From positions 1,504,001-1,568,000 of the forward strand of contig OZ241889.1 in NCBI GenBank assembly GCA_965203355.1: a stretch of DNA of 64,000 nucleotides, in the 5' to 3' direction. The DNA comes from Candidatus Latescibacterota bacterium. GTDB taxonomy: Bacteria > Latescibacterota > UBA2968 > UBA8231. Both the position numbers and the translations under genes were made by a program. The notes beneath the pieces are model-generated. The model was not told where the DNA came from. It was given only the letters and a program-made list of their open reading frames with translations, and made no database searches. Below are positions 36,720-47,100 of this stretch, piece after piece (position 1 is the stretch's first letter; every line of letters begins with the position of its first letter).

Positions 36720-39713
36720 ATGCACACTGAGAGGAGGGAGTGGCCGGTGGCCCTAGGCGCGGTGCTTTTTTGCGCCCTGCTGGCCTTGCCGGCGTTTGCT
36801 GGCAACGGCAAAATTGCTGGCGTAGTACAAGACGATTCCGGGCAAGCCTTGCCCGGAGCCAATGTGGTCGCCGAAGTGGGCGGCGAGCGAGTCGGCACCA
36901 CCGCCGATGAGATGGGGCGTTATTTCCTGCTCAACATTCCACCCGGCGCGTACTCGGTCGAAGCTAGTTACATAGGGCACCAAACGGTGCGCCAGACCTT
37001 GATCGAGGTCCGCTTGGACCTGACGACGACGGTCGATTTTGAGCTGAAGCCCGAGGCGATTGAAGGCGAGGCCATAACGGTGGTGGCCGAGGCACCGCTG
37101 GTCGAGCGCTCGCTGACGACGAGCCGGGCGACGATCGGCCGCGCCGAGCTCAACAACACCATGCCAGTGGCCGACTTGCAGGACTTGATCAACACGACGC
37201 CGAGCGTGTTTCGCGGCTATATCCGCGGCGGGCGCAAGGCCGAGGCCAAGGTGCTCGTCGATGGGATTGACGTGTCGGATACGTATTTCCGCGCCGGCGA
37301 AGGCTTGGTGACTTGGAATCCCTATGTCGATGTCAATCGCACCTCGGATGGCGAGTTCACCGCGGTCGGCGTCAACGCCAGCAACGTGCAGTCGCTGGAT
37401 ATTATCGCCGGGACCTTCAACGCCGAGTACGACGCGGCCAGCGCGGGCATCGTCAACGTGGTAACGCGCGAAGGCGGCGATGAGTTAGAGGGGCGGCTGT
37501 TTGTCCGCCGCGGCGTGGGCGGCTACAAAAATGCCGGGCCGGATGTCTATGAGGCGCAGGTCAAGCACCCAGATGGGTCTCTTTCCGATACGACCTATTT
37601 CGACCGCTACCTACAGTCGCGCGAAGCCTTGCTGGCCTCCGAGGACGAGGCCGACAAGGCCAAGGCCGAGAATTACTACATTTTCGACCCCAAGCAAATC
37701 ACCTATGGCGACAATCCCTCTACCGAGATGGAGTTTTCGCTGGGCGGCAAACTGTTGCCGCGCACCAATTTCTACTTGACCACGCGCTATCTCAACGACG
37801 AGGGACTCTTCCCCAACATGCTCAACCGCTCGCAGCGCTATTCGCTCAAGCTGACGCATCGGCTCAGCCAAAATGTCAAGCTGACCGGCAAAGCGATGAT
37901 CGACGATGGCGGTGAGTTGGGAGGTTGGGTCAATCGCAACTTCAGCGGCCGCTACGCCTATTTCCCCGAGGGAGCCTTGGGCAACAAGAAGTTGGGGACG
38001 ATGGCCTATGTGGGGATGAACCACTCGCTTTCCAACAACACCTTCTACGAGATCAAGCTCTCGCAAGTCTCGCGCATGAGCACATTCGGCTACTCGGACG
38101 ACAACGGCGACGGCATCGTCGAGCCCGACGAGAATGGCGATTTCATCTTCATCGATAGCGCCGAAGAGTCGGAAAAGTACCTAGGCGTTGACGGCTCTGG
38201 GGCCGACGCCGACGGCAACTTTACCTTTTTTACCACCAACCCCGGCAATTCGCGCAACTTCGACCTGCCCTTTGGCGACAATCAGTACCGCTTGGCGCAG
38301 GCCGGCTTCTACTTTGAAGAGCTCAAGCGCGACGTGATGCAGCTCAAGGCCGACATCACCCATCAGTACAACTATCACCACCAGATCAAGGCCGGTCTGC
38401 TGTTCCGCAGCCACGCGGTCTCGAAGCTCATGCAGCGGACGCAGATTACGGTGGGCTATTCCAACCTGCCGTACGAGATTTCCGACTACGAGCGCAATCC
38501 GAGCGAACTGGCCTTTTACGTGCAGGACAAAATTGAGTACGAAGGCATCATCATCAATGCCGGCTTGCGGCTCGACAGCTTCGACGCGGACGCCGAGCAA
38601 CTCGCCGACTTTTTCCGTCCGTCCGAAGAAGCCGAATACACCTATGAAAGCGGCGAGAACCACACTTACCGCCGCCCGATTCGCAGTGGGGCGGTTGAAA
38701 CGCGCTGGTACTTACAGCCGCGGCTGGGGATCTCGCATCCGATCAGCGAGCAGGCTGCCATGCACTATTCGTGGGGCAAGTTCTACTCGCCGCCGTCGTT
38801 TTCGTATCTCTATGAAGACTACGACAGTTTCACCAACCCAGCGTGGCCGAATGTGCCCGATGTCGAGGCCGATCCGACGACGGCCACGGCGTACGAGATG
38901 GGCTTGCAGTACAGCTTCGCGCCCGAATACTTGTTCGACGTTACGGCCTATTACCGCGACATCGAGAACTACGGGCGGCTCGGCTTTACCATCAGCCCGG
39001 CCGACGCTGGTTTTGCCAACTACAGTCTCAACACCAGCGGCGGATATGCCGACAGCCGCGGCATTGAGTTTGGGATAGAGCGCCGGTCGCAGAGCAGGAT
39101 CAACGGGCGCGTCAACTACGCATACAGCTATATCAAGGCATCGCGCAACGGCAACAACTCGACGCCTTTCCCAGACAAGAATTCGTTTTCGGTCCAAGCC
39201 GCAACCGATGTCCAAGCCTTGGATACGGCACTGGACAACAAGGAGCGGTTCAATACCTACGAGGCCAATGTCAACGGCGGCGGCAATCCGCTGGTCACCG
39301 GCTACGACCGAGCCCACCGCATCGCCTTCACCCTGCTGGCCGAATTGCCAGCAGAGATCGGTTTGACCTTGATCTCGACGGCGGAGAGCGGCTTCAACTA
39401 CAATGTAACGGCCACCACGGACGATCCGCGCGAGCGCGAGACCTCGCAGGCTCCGTGGAACATGCGCACGGACCTGCGCCTCCATCGCAGCCTTGCGTTG
39501 GGTGGCTGGTCGCTAGGGGCTTTCTTTGAGGTGCGCAATGTTTTCGACCGCGAGAATATCCTGACGTGGGACAATCGCAACATCCGTTCCACTTCCCAGT
39601 GGGAGGAACAGGGAGACCCGACGGGCGATCTCAATCGGGCCTTTACCAGCCAGAGTCAGGCGATTTACGATACCCCGCGCATGGCCAATTTCGGCGTCAC
39701 CGTGGATTTCTAG
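36720..39713 (+). CDS. TonB-dependent receptor with N-terminal carboxypeptidase-regulatory-like domain
   Basis: AGGAGG RBS; GKIAGVV..LPGANV, plug IRGGR..VDGID..GTFNAEY, LQPRLGISHPI; C-terminal F. Confidence 0.9.
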   Translation: MHTERREWPVALGAVLFCALLALPAFAGNGKIAGVVQDDSGQALPGANVVAEVGGERVGTTADEMGRYFLLNIPPGAYSVEASYIGHQTVRQTLIEVRLDLTTTVDFELKPEAIEGEAITVVAEAPLVERSLTTSRATIGRAELNNTMPVADLQDLINTTPSVFRGYIRGGRKAEAKVLVDGIDVSDTYFRAGEGLVTWNPYVDVNRTSDGEFTAVGVNASNVQSLDIIAGTFNAEYDAASAGIVNVVTREGGDELEGRLFVRRGVGGYKNAGPDVYEAQVKHPDGSLSDTTYFDRYLQSREALLASEDEADKAKAENYYIFDPKQITYGDNPSTEMEFSLGGKLLPRTNFYLTTRYLNDEGLFPNMLNRSQRYSLKLTHRLSQNVKLTGKAMIDDGGELGGWVNRNFSGRYAYFPEGALGNKKLGTMAYVGMNHSLSNNTFYEIKLSQVSRMSTFGYSDDNGDGIVEPDENGDFIFIDSAEESEKYLGVDGSGADADGNFTFFTTNPGNSRNFDLPFGDNQYRLAQAGFYFEELKRDVMQLKADITHQYNYHHQIKAGLLFRSHAVSKLMQRTQITVGYSNLPYEISDYERNPSELAFYVQDKIEYEGIIINAGLRLDSFDADAEQLADFFRPSEEAEYTYESGENHTYRRPIRSGAVETRWYLQPRLGISHPISEQAAMHYSWGKFYSPPSFSYLYEDYDSFTNPAWPNVPDVEADPTTATAYEMGLQYSFAPEYLFDVTAYYRDIENYGRLGFTISPADAGFANYSLNTSGGYADSRGIEFGIERRSQSRINGRVNYAYSYIKASRNGNNSTPFPDKNSFSVQAATDVQALDTALDNKERFNTYEANVNGGGNPLVTGYDRAHRIAFTLLAELPAEIGLTLISTAESGFNYNVTATTDDPRERETSQAPWNMRTDLRLHRSLALGGWSLGAFFEVRNVFDRENILTWDNRNIRSTSQWEEQGDPTGDLNRAFTSQSQAIYDTPRMANFGVTVDF

Positions 39714-39726
39714 GAGGAATAGCAAG

Positions 39727-42243
39727 ATGATTAAACGCATGAAAATTGCGTCCCGGCTGGCGACCGTGTTGGTGGTCGCCACGGCCGGGACGATCACCGC
39801 GCAAGAGGGCGGCGTGTTCACGGCTGGCGATCTGTGGGATTCCTTCTTTCCCAGCAACGCCGGTTCTTGGTATCGCGAAACCGATGACGATCCGACCGCC
39901 CGCTTTAATCTCTTCCGCGTCGGCAATTGGGATCGCCAGTGGACGACGCCGACCCAGACCTATCCGGGCGGCGAGAATCTGCACCTGCCTTGGGGCCAGG
40001 ATTTGCAGATGGCGGAATACAGCCCCGAAGAGATCAATATCACCACCGACAGCAATGCGCCCCGGGCCAAGCACTATTTGCACGGCTTCTACACCAGTAA
40101 CTTGGATGGTGCTGGCGATGCGGCGCGCAACTTTACCAGCCCGGGTGCCGAATGGGTTGATGCCGACCGCAACGAAATGCGCTACGAGGGCGCGATGCCG
40201 ACCAACCTCGGCGTTGATGTGCGCTGGCGGATGCGGCAATTTGCCGCCAATCACGGCAACCTCAACGACTTCATCGTCATTGAGTTGGAGCTTACCAACA
40301 CCGGCGTACTCGACGCCGATGGCGATGGTACGCCCGAAAAGACCGACAACCGCATCCACGCGCTCACCCTGCATCTGCAAAACGAGCCGATCAATTCTAT
40401 GACGAACCGCAATAATGGCCGTCGCGGTGCTTCGGGGTGGTTTACCGGCCCGACCTCTGGGTACGATGCCACGCCCGACGCCAGCGGGGCGCCGTGGGAT
40501 GTGCCGGTGGTGTTTACCGGCCCGTCGCCGAGTACGCTCGGCGAGCCGCATCCGGTCTTTGGTTCGTCGACCGGCTGGTCGGCCGATGGTGCGCGCCTGT
40601 TGGGCGTTACCATGCGCAGTCGGGGATATTACTACGACATCTACAATGGAATGCAGTGGATCGCCGCCAAACAGGGCGCGTTGCCAGCAAGCGGCAGCAG
40701 CGCCAGCGCAGCCGACAAGCACACCATCTACGACAGCCACCCCGTCGGCGTAGGTGCCGAGCGCGGTTGGTTCACTTCCGTGCTCAAGGACGACGGCGGC
40801 TACCGCAATCCACGCGAGAATCACATCTACGCGATGGCCGCGTTTTTCGACGGCGAACAGATCGGCAGCCGCGCTTGGGACAAGGGGGCCGCTATCCAGA
40901 ACGAGAGCAGCTTGGTGCCCGACCCCAACTGGTTCGATCCCGATCATCCAGACATCGTCCCCGGCGACCCGCTGTCGTTCGTCAACGCCGTGCGGCCCGC
41001 TGGCGAGCGCGGCCAGCCCTTGGGCGACATGAAGTACAACAACACCTTCATCCAAAACTGGGAGGTCGATCCGAGCCGTTCGCTGGACGACCAACCCGAT
41101 TGGGCGTGGACGCAGGGCTACGCGATTGACCACAACTTCGACGGTATGTTGCAGGTGGGCATCGGCCCATTCTCCTTGGAGGTGGGCGAGACCATCAACT
41201 TGGTGCTCGTGGAGTACGCGGGGTTCCGGTTGCAAGGGGCCCGCGCCGCCCGCAGCACGGCGCAGTGGGCGTATGAAAACAATTTCGACGCTCCCGCGCC
41301 CCCGCCGACGCCCCACATCGAAGTAGCGCCCAACACGGACGTCAAAGTCGATGTCAAGTGGGACGACCGGGCCGAAGCGGCCCCTGACTTTGCTGGCTAC
41401 AAGGTCTATCGCTCGACCCTGTTCCCGCGCGTCAATTCGCTCGATGTCGGCCTGCGCATCATCGACCGCTACCACGAACAGACCGAGGAAAATCCCACGG
41501 ACGCACAACTGGCCGCCTTTGGTGCTGACAACAACCCCAACATCAGTTCTGGATCCTACAAGCCGCAGGAGCCAGCGGCGTGGGGGCCTTATCGGCTCAT
41601 TGCCCACGTGCCTAGCAGCGAGTTGGGCAACTACCTCAACGACGGGCCGGACAGCGACGAGTTCAAATACAAGTTTGCCGATACCAGCGACTTGGTGACC
41701 TTTGGGTTCACCTATTATTACTATGTCGCGGCGTACGATAACGAGTCGGGCGAGATCAATGGCCAGCCCTTTAGTTCGCTGGAGACGCATCGGCACAACT
41801 TTAATGGCCGCGATGGATTGTGGAAGGACACGTACCACTACGCGACCGCCAGTTCGTTTTTCCCCGGTACCTTGGCGGGGCAAAAGGCCATTGGCGCGCC
41901 CTTTATTCTCAAAGCACCGCTGGCCGATGCCGGCGCACTCGTAAGCGGCGAGCTCGCCGTCCGCGTGGTGCCCAATCCCTACAAGAAGGGTGCGCTACAC
42001 GATACCGGCACCGAGCACAAGATGCTCTTCATCAACCTGCCGACCGGCACCAAGATCACCATCTTTGACGTGGCTGGGCAGGTCATCGACGTGCTCCACT
42101 TCGACAGTACCAACCCGTTCGACGGCACGCTGTTTTGGGACATGTTTTCCAAGGACGGCATTGAGGTAGCCAGCGGACTGTACATCTACGTGGCCGAGTA
42201 CCCGGGCGGAACGCAGACCGGGCACTTCGCCATTCTGCGCTGA
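39727..42243 (+). CDS. Secreted protein with FN3-like segment and T9SS-type C-terminal domain
   Basis: Signal peptide; PPPTP..VKWDD..FAGYKVYRS; VRVVPNPY..FINLP..IFDVAG..WDM..ASGLYIY. Confidence 0.8.
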   Translation: MIKRMKIASRLATVLVVATAGTITAQEGGVFTAGDLWDSFFPSNAGSWYRETDDDPTARFNLFRVGNWDRQWTTPTQTYPGGENLHLPWGQDLQMAEYSPEEINITTDSNAPRAKHYLHGFYTSNLDGAGDAARNFTSPGAEWVDADRNEMRYEGAMPTNLGVDVRWRMRQFAANHGNLNDFIVIELELTNTGVLDADGDGTPEKTDNRIHALTLHLQNEPINSMTNRNNGRRGASGWFTGPTSGYDATPDASGAPWDVPVVFTGPSPSTLGEPHPVFGSSTGWSADGARLLGVTMRSRGYYYDIYNGMQWIAAKQGALPASGSSASAADKHTIYDSHPVGVGAERGWFTSVLKDDGGYRNPRENHIYAMAAFFDGEQIGSRAWDKGAAIQNESSLVPDPNWFDPDHPDIVPGDPLSFVNAVRPAGERGQPLGDMKYNNTFIQNWEVDPSRSLDDQPDWAWTQGYAIDHNFDGMLQVGIGPFSLEVGETINLVLVEYAGFRLQGARAARSTAQWAYENNFDAPAPPPTPHIEVAPNTDVKVDVKWDDRAEAAPDFAGYKVYRSTLFPRVNSLDVGLRIIDRYHEQTEENPTDAQLAAFGADNNPNISSGSYKPQEPAAWGPYRLIAHVPSSELGNYLNDGPDSDEFKYKFADTSDLVTFGFTYYYYVAAYDNESGEINGQPFSSLETHRHNFNGRDGLWKDTYHYATASSFFPGTLAGQKAIGAPFILKAPLADAGALVSGELAVRVVPNPYKKGALHDTGTEHKMLFINLPTGTKITIFDVAGQVIDVLHFDSTNPFDGTLFWDMFSKDGIEVASGLYIYVAEYPGGTQTGHFAILR

Positions 42244-42265
42244 ACCGAACAGGGGAGACTTGAAA

Positions 42266-43288
42266 ATGAAAGTGTTAAAACTCATTGCAGTGCTGGGGTT
42301 GGCCCTCTCGTTGGCGCAACCCGTTGGCGCCGATGTGCGCAAGTCTGGCCTGACTGGTGCCGCGTTTCTCAAGGTTGGCGTGGGTGCCAGACCGGTCGCG
42401 CTCGGTTCGGCCTATACGACCGTGGCTGGCGACGTCCACCAGCTATTTTGGAACCCAGCCGGTGCGTCTTTGAGCGGCGGCGAAAGCCAAGTACTGCTGT
42501 CGCACAACTCGTGGATCGCGGATTTGTCGCACGACGCCTTTGGGTTCGCACGCGACATGGGCGACATGGGCACCTTGGGCATTGGCGTGGTGACGCTCGG
42601 GTTGAGCGACATTGACGCCGACCGCGACGTGGTGCCGCAGTTCGTCCTCGACGCGGGAACGTTCGATCCCAACGACACCGAGACCGCGGACACCTACAGC
42701 TACCGAGATTTGGCTGTGGGCGCGACGTGGGCGCGCAGCATCACCGACCGACTCAGCCTAGGGGCGACCGGCAAAATCGTGAGCCAGACCATCGACGGTG
42801 TCAACGCCACCGCGTATGCGGCTGATTTCGGTGCGCTCTACCGCGTCAATTCCACGTACACCATCGGTGCGCGGATCAACAATCTGGGCAGCGATCTGAA
42901 GTTCTACGACATCGGTGCGCCGCTGCCGCTGATATTCAGCATTGGCGCGGCCGCCGCCGTCTTTGACGACCCAGACAGCGGTATGAAGGTGACCCTGCTC
43001 GCCGATGCCACTAAGCCGCAAGACGCCGAGCAACTCGTGTACGCGGCGGCTGAGGTGGAGCTTTTCGACATGCTCAGCCTTCGCTCCGGCTACAAGTACA
43101 ACTATCAGGGCGTAGAGGATGAGAAAGTCGATGAGGTCAGCGGCGCGGTCGTCCCGGCTGGCCGCAGTGAGGAGGGGCTGACGGCTGGGCTAGGTCTCGA
43201 GTTGAGCATGGCCACAGTCGATTACGCCTTTACCTCGTTTGGCATCCTCGACAGCGTGCATCAGTTTTCCTTGCAGTTCCGCTTCTGA
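42266..43288 (+). CDS. PorV/PorQ family outer-membrane barrel
   Basis: AAFLKVGVGARPVALG, LFWNPAG; C-terminal VDYAF..LDSVHQFSLQFRF. Confidence 0.85.
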   Translation: MKVLKLIAVLGLALSLAQPVGADVRKSGLTGAAFLKVGVGARPVALGSAYTTVAGDVHQLFWNPAGASLSGGESQVLLSHNSWIADLSHDAFGFARDMGDMGTLGIGVVTLGLSDIDADRDVVPQFVLDAGTFDPNDTETADTYSYRDLAVGATWARSITDRLSLGATGKIVSQTIDGVNATAYAADFGALYRVNSTYTIGARINNLGSDLKFYDIGAPLPLIFSIGAAAAVFDDPDSGMKVTLLADATKPQDAEQLVYAAAEVELFDMLSLRSGYKYNYQGVEDEKVDEVSGAVVPAGRSEEGLTAGLGLELSMATVDYAFTSFGILDSVHQFSLQFRF

Positions 43289-43315
43289 GGCTGCGCTGCG
43301 ATTTGCTGAGAAAAT

Positions 43316-43354
43316 AAGCCTCCGGGGCCTTTGGGCTTTGGAGGCTTTTTTCTT
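43316..43354 (+). terminator. Rho-independent terminator
   Basis: AAGCCTCCGGGGCC-TTT-GGGCTTTGGAGGCTT followed by a T-tract. Confidence 0.85.
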
Positions 43355-43656
43355 GCTATGGCCGCATGACAACTAAGCCCGTGCCGCTTCTCAAGGGGCA
43401 GCTTATACCTATGCAATTGCTGGAGAAGTATTCGGTGCATCTTGGCACTGAATGGAATGCCAAGCATGAGTCCGTTGGGCAGCGTCCCGGGTATCTGGGG
43501 ATTTGCTGAAATGACGGTGTGGGACAAGGCGCGGAACGAGTTGCTGGCGGACCTTACCGAGATCGTCCGTTTTGAGGCAGAACGCACCCAATCCATTCAA
43601 CAGCCAAACCGTCATCTCGTACTTCCCGTTACAAACCGGGTGCAGCGCGCCTAGCG

Positions 43657-43825
43657 GTGTTCGCGTTGACCGGGCAGCGAGTGGCGGTCTTGAACGAGGG
43701 GCCGCAGCCGGCTGGCCACTATAGCCTCGGCTGGGATGGTCGCGACCGCGAAGGGCGTCCGTTGGCCAGCGGCGTTGGTGACCGCCGAGAGTGTTCTGAC
43801 GCGCAAGCTCATTCTGCTGCGATGA
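43657..43825 (+). pseudogene. Orphan frameshifted FlgD-Ig/T9SS CTD fragment
   Basis: FALTGQRVAVL..AGHYSLGWDGRDREGRPLASGV, then in another frame LVTAESVLTRKLILLR*. Confidence 0.75.
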
Positions 43826-44100
43826 GCGGACTGTCTAGTTAGGTTTATAGAGGAAATCCGCGCACGAAAACCGGCCCTGCCGGGTTGAGGTTTTGGCTGC
43901 TGGTCGAGCGTTCTCGGCAGTTGGCGATTGATGCCGATGAATCGAAGCCCCCAATCTCAGGTACATGGCGAAAATTTTTAGAATGACAAAGGCAATACGG
44001 GAAAAATGGCAGATGGCGTAGGCAAATGTGGGCGCGTAGGCGATTTGTAAAATCATTGGCGAGCGCGATGCGACCTTGCGAAGCGATCCGTCAGAAGGCG

Positions 44101-47100
44101 ATGGTTGCCCTCCGCGTAAGTACGGGGGTTCTAGCCTTGCTGCTCACGAGCTCGGCCCTCGCCGCCGAAACAGAAGCGCGGCTGCGGCGCACAGTGGAGA
44201 CGCTCTCGGCCCCGGCCTCGCGGATGACGGGCTATCCGGGGGCTGCGGTAGCCCGCGAGTGGCTGGTCGCCGAGCTAGAGGGTTTGGGAGTAGCCGAATT
44301 CTACCGACACGAGTTCCCGGTGTTGGTGCCGATCGACGAGGGATTCTGGCTCGAATGCGCCGGGGAGCGGATCGAATTGTTTGGTGTCTGGCCCAACTTG
44401 GTGCGGACGCCGACTCTGCCAGCCGAAGGACTTGAGGGGTCGTTGGTGTACGGCGGGGATGGCAGCCTGCTCGAGCGGCAGCAGGTGGCTGGGCGGATCA
44501 TCCTCCTCGACTATGGCTCGGGCGCAGCTTGGGTGGATGCTTTTCACTTGGGGGCTGAGGCCGTGGTGTTTTTGGAATCGGCTGGGGCACATCGCAAGGA
44601 AGCCGAGCAAAAGTTTCTCGACGTGCCGGCCGACTTGCCGCGTCTCTATGCGCGCAAAGACGCGGCCGAGCGGTTGCGGGTGTTGGCCATGTCGCGGCCG
44701 CAGGTGCGATTGCGGGGGCGGATGGCGTGGCAGGAGGTGATCGCGCAGAATTTGGTCGCCGTGATTCCCGGGCAAGATGCGGCACTGAAGGAGGAGGTCG
44801 TCTTTCTCGCCGCGCATTACGACGCAGTGTCGCCGGTGCCGGCGTTAGCACCGGGAGCCGAGCAAGCGGCGAGTGCGGCCGCGCTGTTGGAATTGGCCCG
44901 GGGATTTGCCGAGCGGCCGCCCCAGCGCACGGTCGCGTTGCTGTGGCTGGCTGGCCACTTTCAGAACATGGCGGGGATGCGCCATTTCGCGCCGTTGTTG
45001 CTGGCGGCCGCTCGGCAGCGAGAGGGCGGGGTGGAAGAGACGGCGCTTTTGCGGCGACTCAGCGGGCTAGAAACGCGCTTTTTGGTGGGTTTGGATCTGT
45101 CGTCGCACAGCCCGCGGCTCGGGGCGTTCAGGCCGCGCGATCCGTATCGCGTCTCCTTGCTCGCGCCGCCGATCACCGAGCGGTTGCTAAAGCTGGTAAC
45201 GGCGTACGAAGACGCTGCGTTGGGCGGCAAGCAGGTGCTGGTCAATGGCCTGAAGCAGGACTTTGCCCGCCAGGGGCTTGGGGGGATGGCGCTGACGGTG
45301 CCGTTGGATGCGGCGGTAGCGGCCCTCACCGGATGCCCGGCGTTGGCCTTTTGCACGGTCAACGACAGCCGCGCCCGTTTTGACTCGCCCGTTGATGATT
45401 CTGGAGCGGTGCGCTTTGACTGGTTGGCTGGTCAAGTCGCGCTGCTACAGGGTGTGCTGCCCGCGCTTATTGACGACCCGGAGTTAGAGCCGTGGGCTTG
45501 GGGCAACGATGCGTTTGGCACCATTCGCGGGGAAGTGGTCCACTACGGGCCGCGCAGCTATCTGCCGGATCAGCCTACGGCTGGGGCCTTGGTGCGGGTG
45601 CGGCTGCGCCATCCGACGTTGGCTGGGGTGCGGCCGGATTTTTGGGCGGCAGCGGATGATTCGGGGCGGTTTGCCATCCCCGGCGTTGAATCGGGCATCA
45701 TCTACACGAAGCCGGTGCGGTTGGAGGCGTATCGACTTGATGCGGAGACCGGGCGGGTGACGGACGCGCCGGACTGGGGGATCAATGGGGAACGCAAGTT
45801 GCCGGGACGTGCGTTGACGGTGACGATGGATAGTCCCGAGGACGAGGTGCAGATCGTCACCGCGCCGCTGCGGGGAACGGCGCTATTTGGGATTTTTGAT
45901 CCGCGCAATTTATCAACCCTAGAACGGATCCAAGCCATTGACGCGACGCTGGAAGCCGAGCCGGTGATGTACGGGGCCTGCCTGCCGCTGACCGCTCCAG
46001 AAATGGAGCTATTCAGCTATGTGAATCGGGTGGGGTCGTGGACGGAGCCGGTCGGCGTGATTTTTACGCAGCCTAATGAGCGGTTTAAGGCCGTGATGGC
46101 GACGGGCCGCTATGGGTTGGGACGACGGCTGCTGTTGCTCAATGGGACGGAGGACGTTCCGAGTGGGGTGGGCTATGCGGTTGATGGGAAGGGGCGCATC
46201 GTGGAGACGGTGTATCGGGTGGCTGCCGACCTACACGTGCTCAATGGCGAGCGGATTGATCGGCTGGAGCGACACGGTGTGCGCAATGGGCGGCTGGCGG
46301 CCTTTAACGAGCGGTCGGCCGGGTTGCTCGCAGAAGCAGAAGTAGCACGCGCTGAGCACCGGCACCGGGACTTTTTCGATCGGGCGCGGCGCGCTTGGGC
46401 ACTGGCGGCGGCGGCCTATCGGGACGTGGAGCGGACGCAAGCCGGGGTGGTGCAGGGCGCGCTTTTTTTGTTGGCCGTGCTGATTCCGTTTGCCCACTTT
46501 GCCGAGCGGTTGGCGTTTGGGTTTGCCGATTTGCGGCGGCAGGTATTTGCCTATTTCGCGCTCTTTCTCGTGGGCTTTGTCGCCCTGCGCTATGTGCATC
46601 CGGCCTTTGAATTGTCGATCTCGCCGGCGATTATCTTGCTCGGCTTCGTCATATTGGCGTTGGGGATCTTGGTCACGTTTCTGGGGATGTCGCGGTTGAA
46701 CCGGGAGTTGCAGGAATTGGGCAGTCGGCGCGGACAGATCGCGGTGCAGCGGTCGGGTGCGGTGCTGACGTCGGTCGCCGTGGGGTTGGCGCATTTGCGG
46801 CGGCGACCGTGGCGCACGGGGCTGACCTGCGCGACGCTGGTGCTGTTGACCTTTTCGGTGCTGTCCTTTACCTCGGTCCGCGCTGCGCTGCACACCAATT
46901 GGATTGCGATCGGCGAGGACGCGGCGTACGAAGGCGCGTTGGTGCGGATGCCGGGCTGGCAGGCCATGGAACTGGCAGGCTACGACCTATTGCGCGATTG
47001 GTTTGGCGACGAGCAGGTCGCGCCGCGGGCGTGGCTGTCGGTGGGATCGCTGGCGTCTTCCTATCGAGTTGAGCGGGATGACGCAGCGGAACGCGCGGTC

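Noticed and set aside
39697-41883. 728-aa minus-strand ORF
   Set aside because: Antisense shadow of the well-supported CTD protein gene; such shadows are common in GC-rich DNA.
43360-44100. Intact gene or IS element between porV and the M28-FtsX gene
   Set aside because: Only short ORFs and a CTD relic; no transposase motif or terminal repeats recognised.
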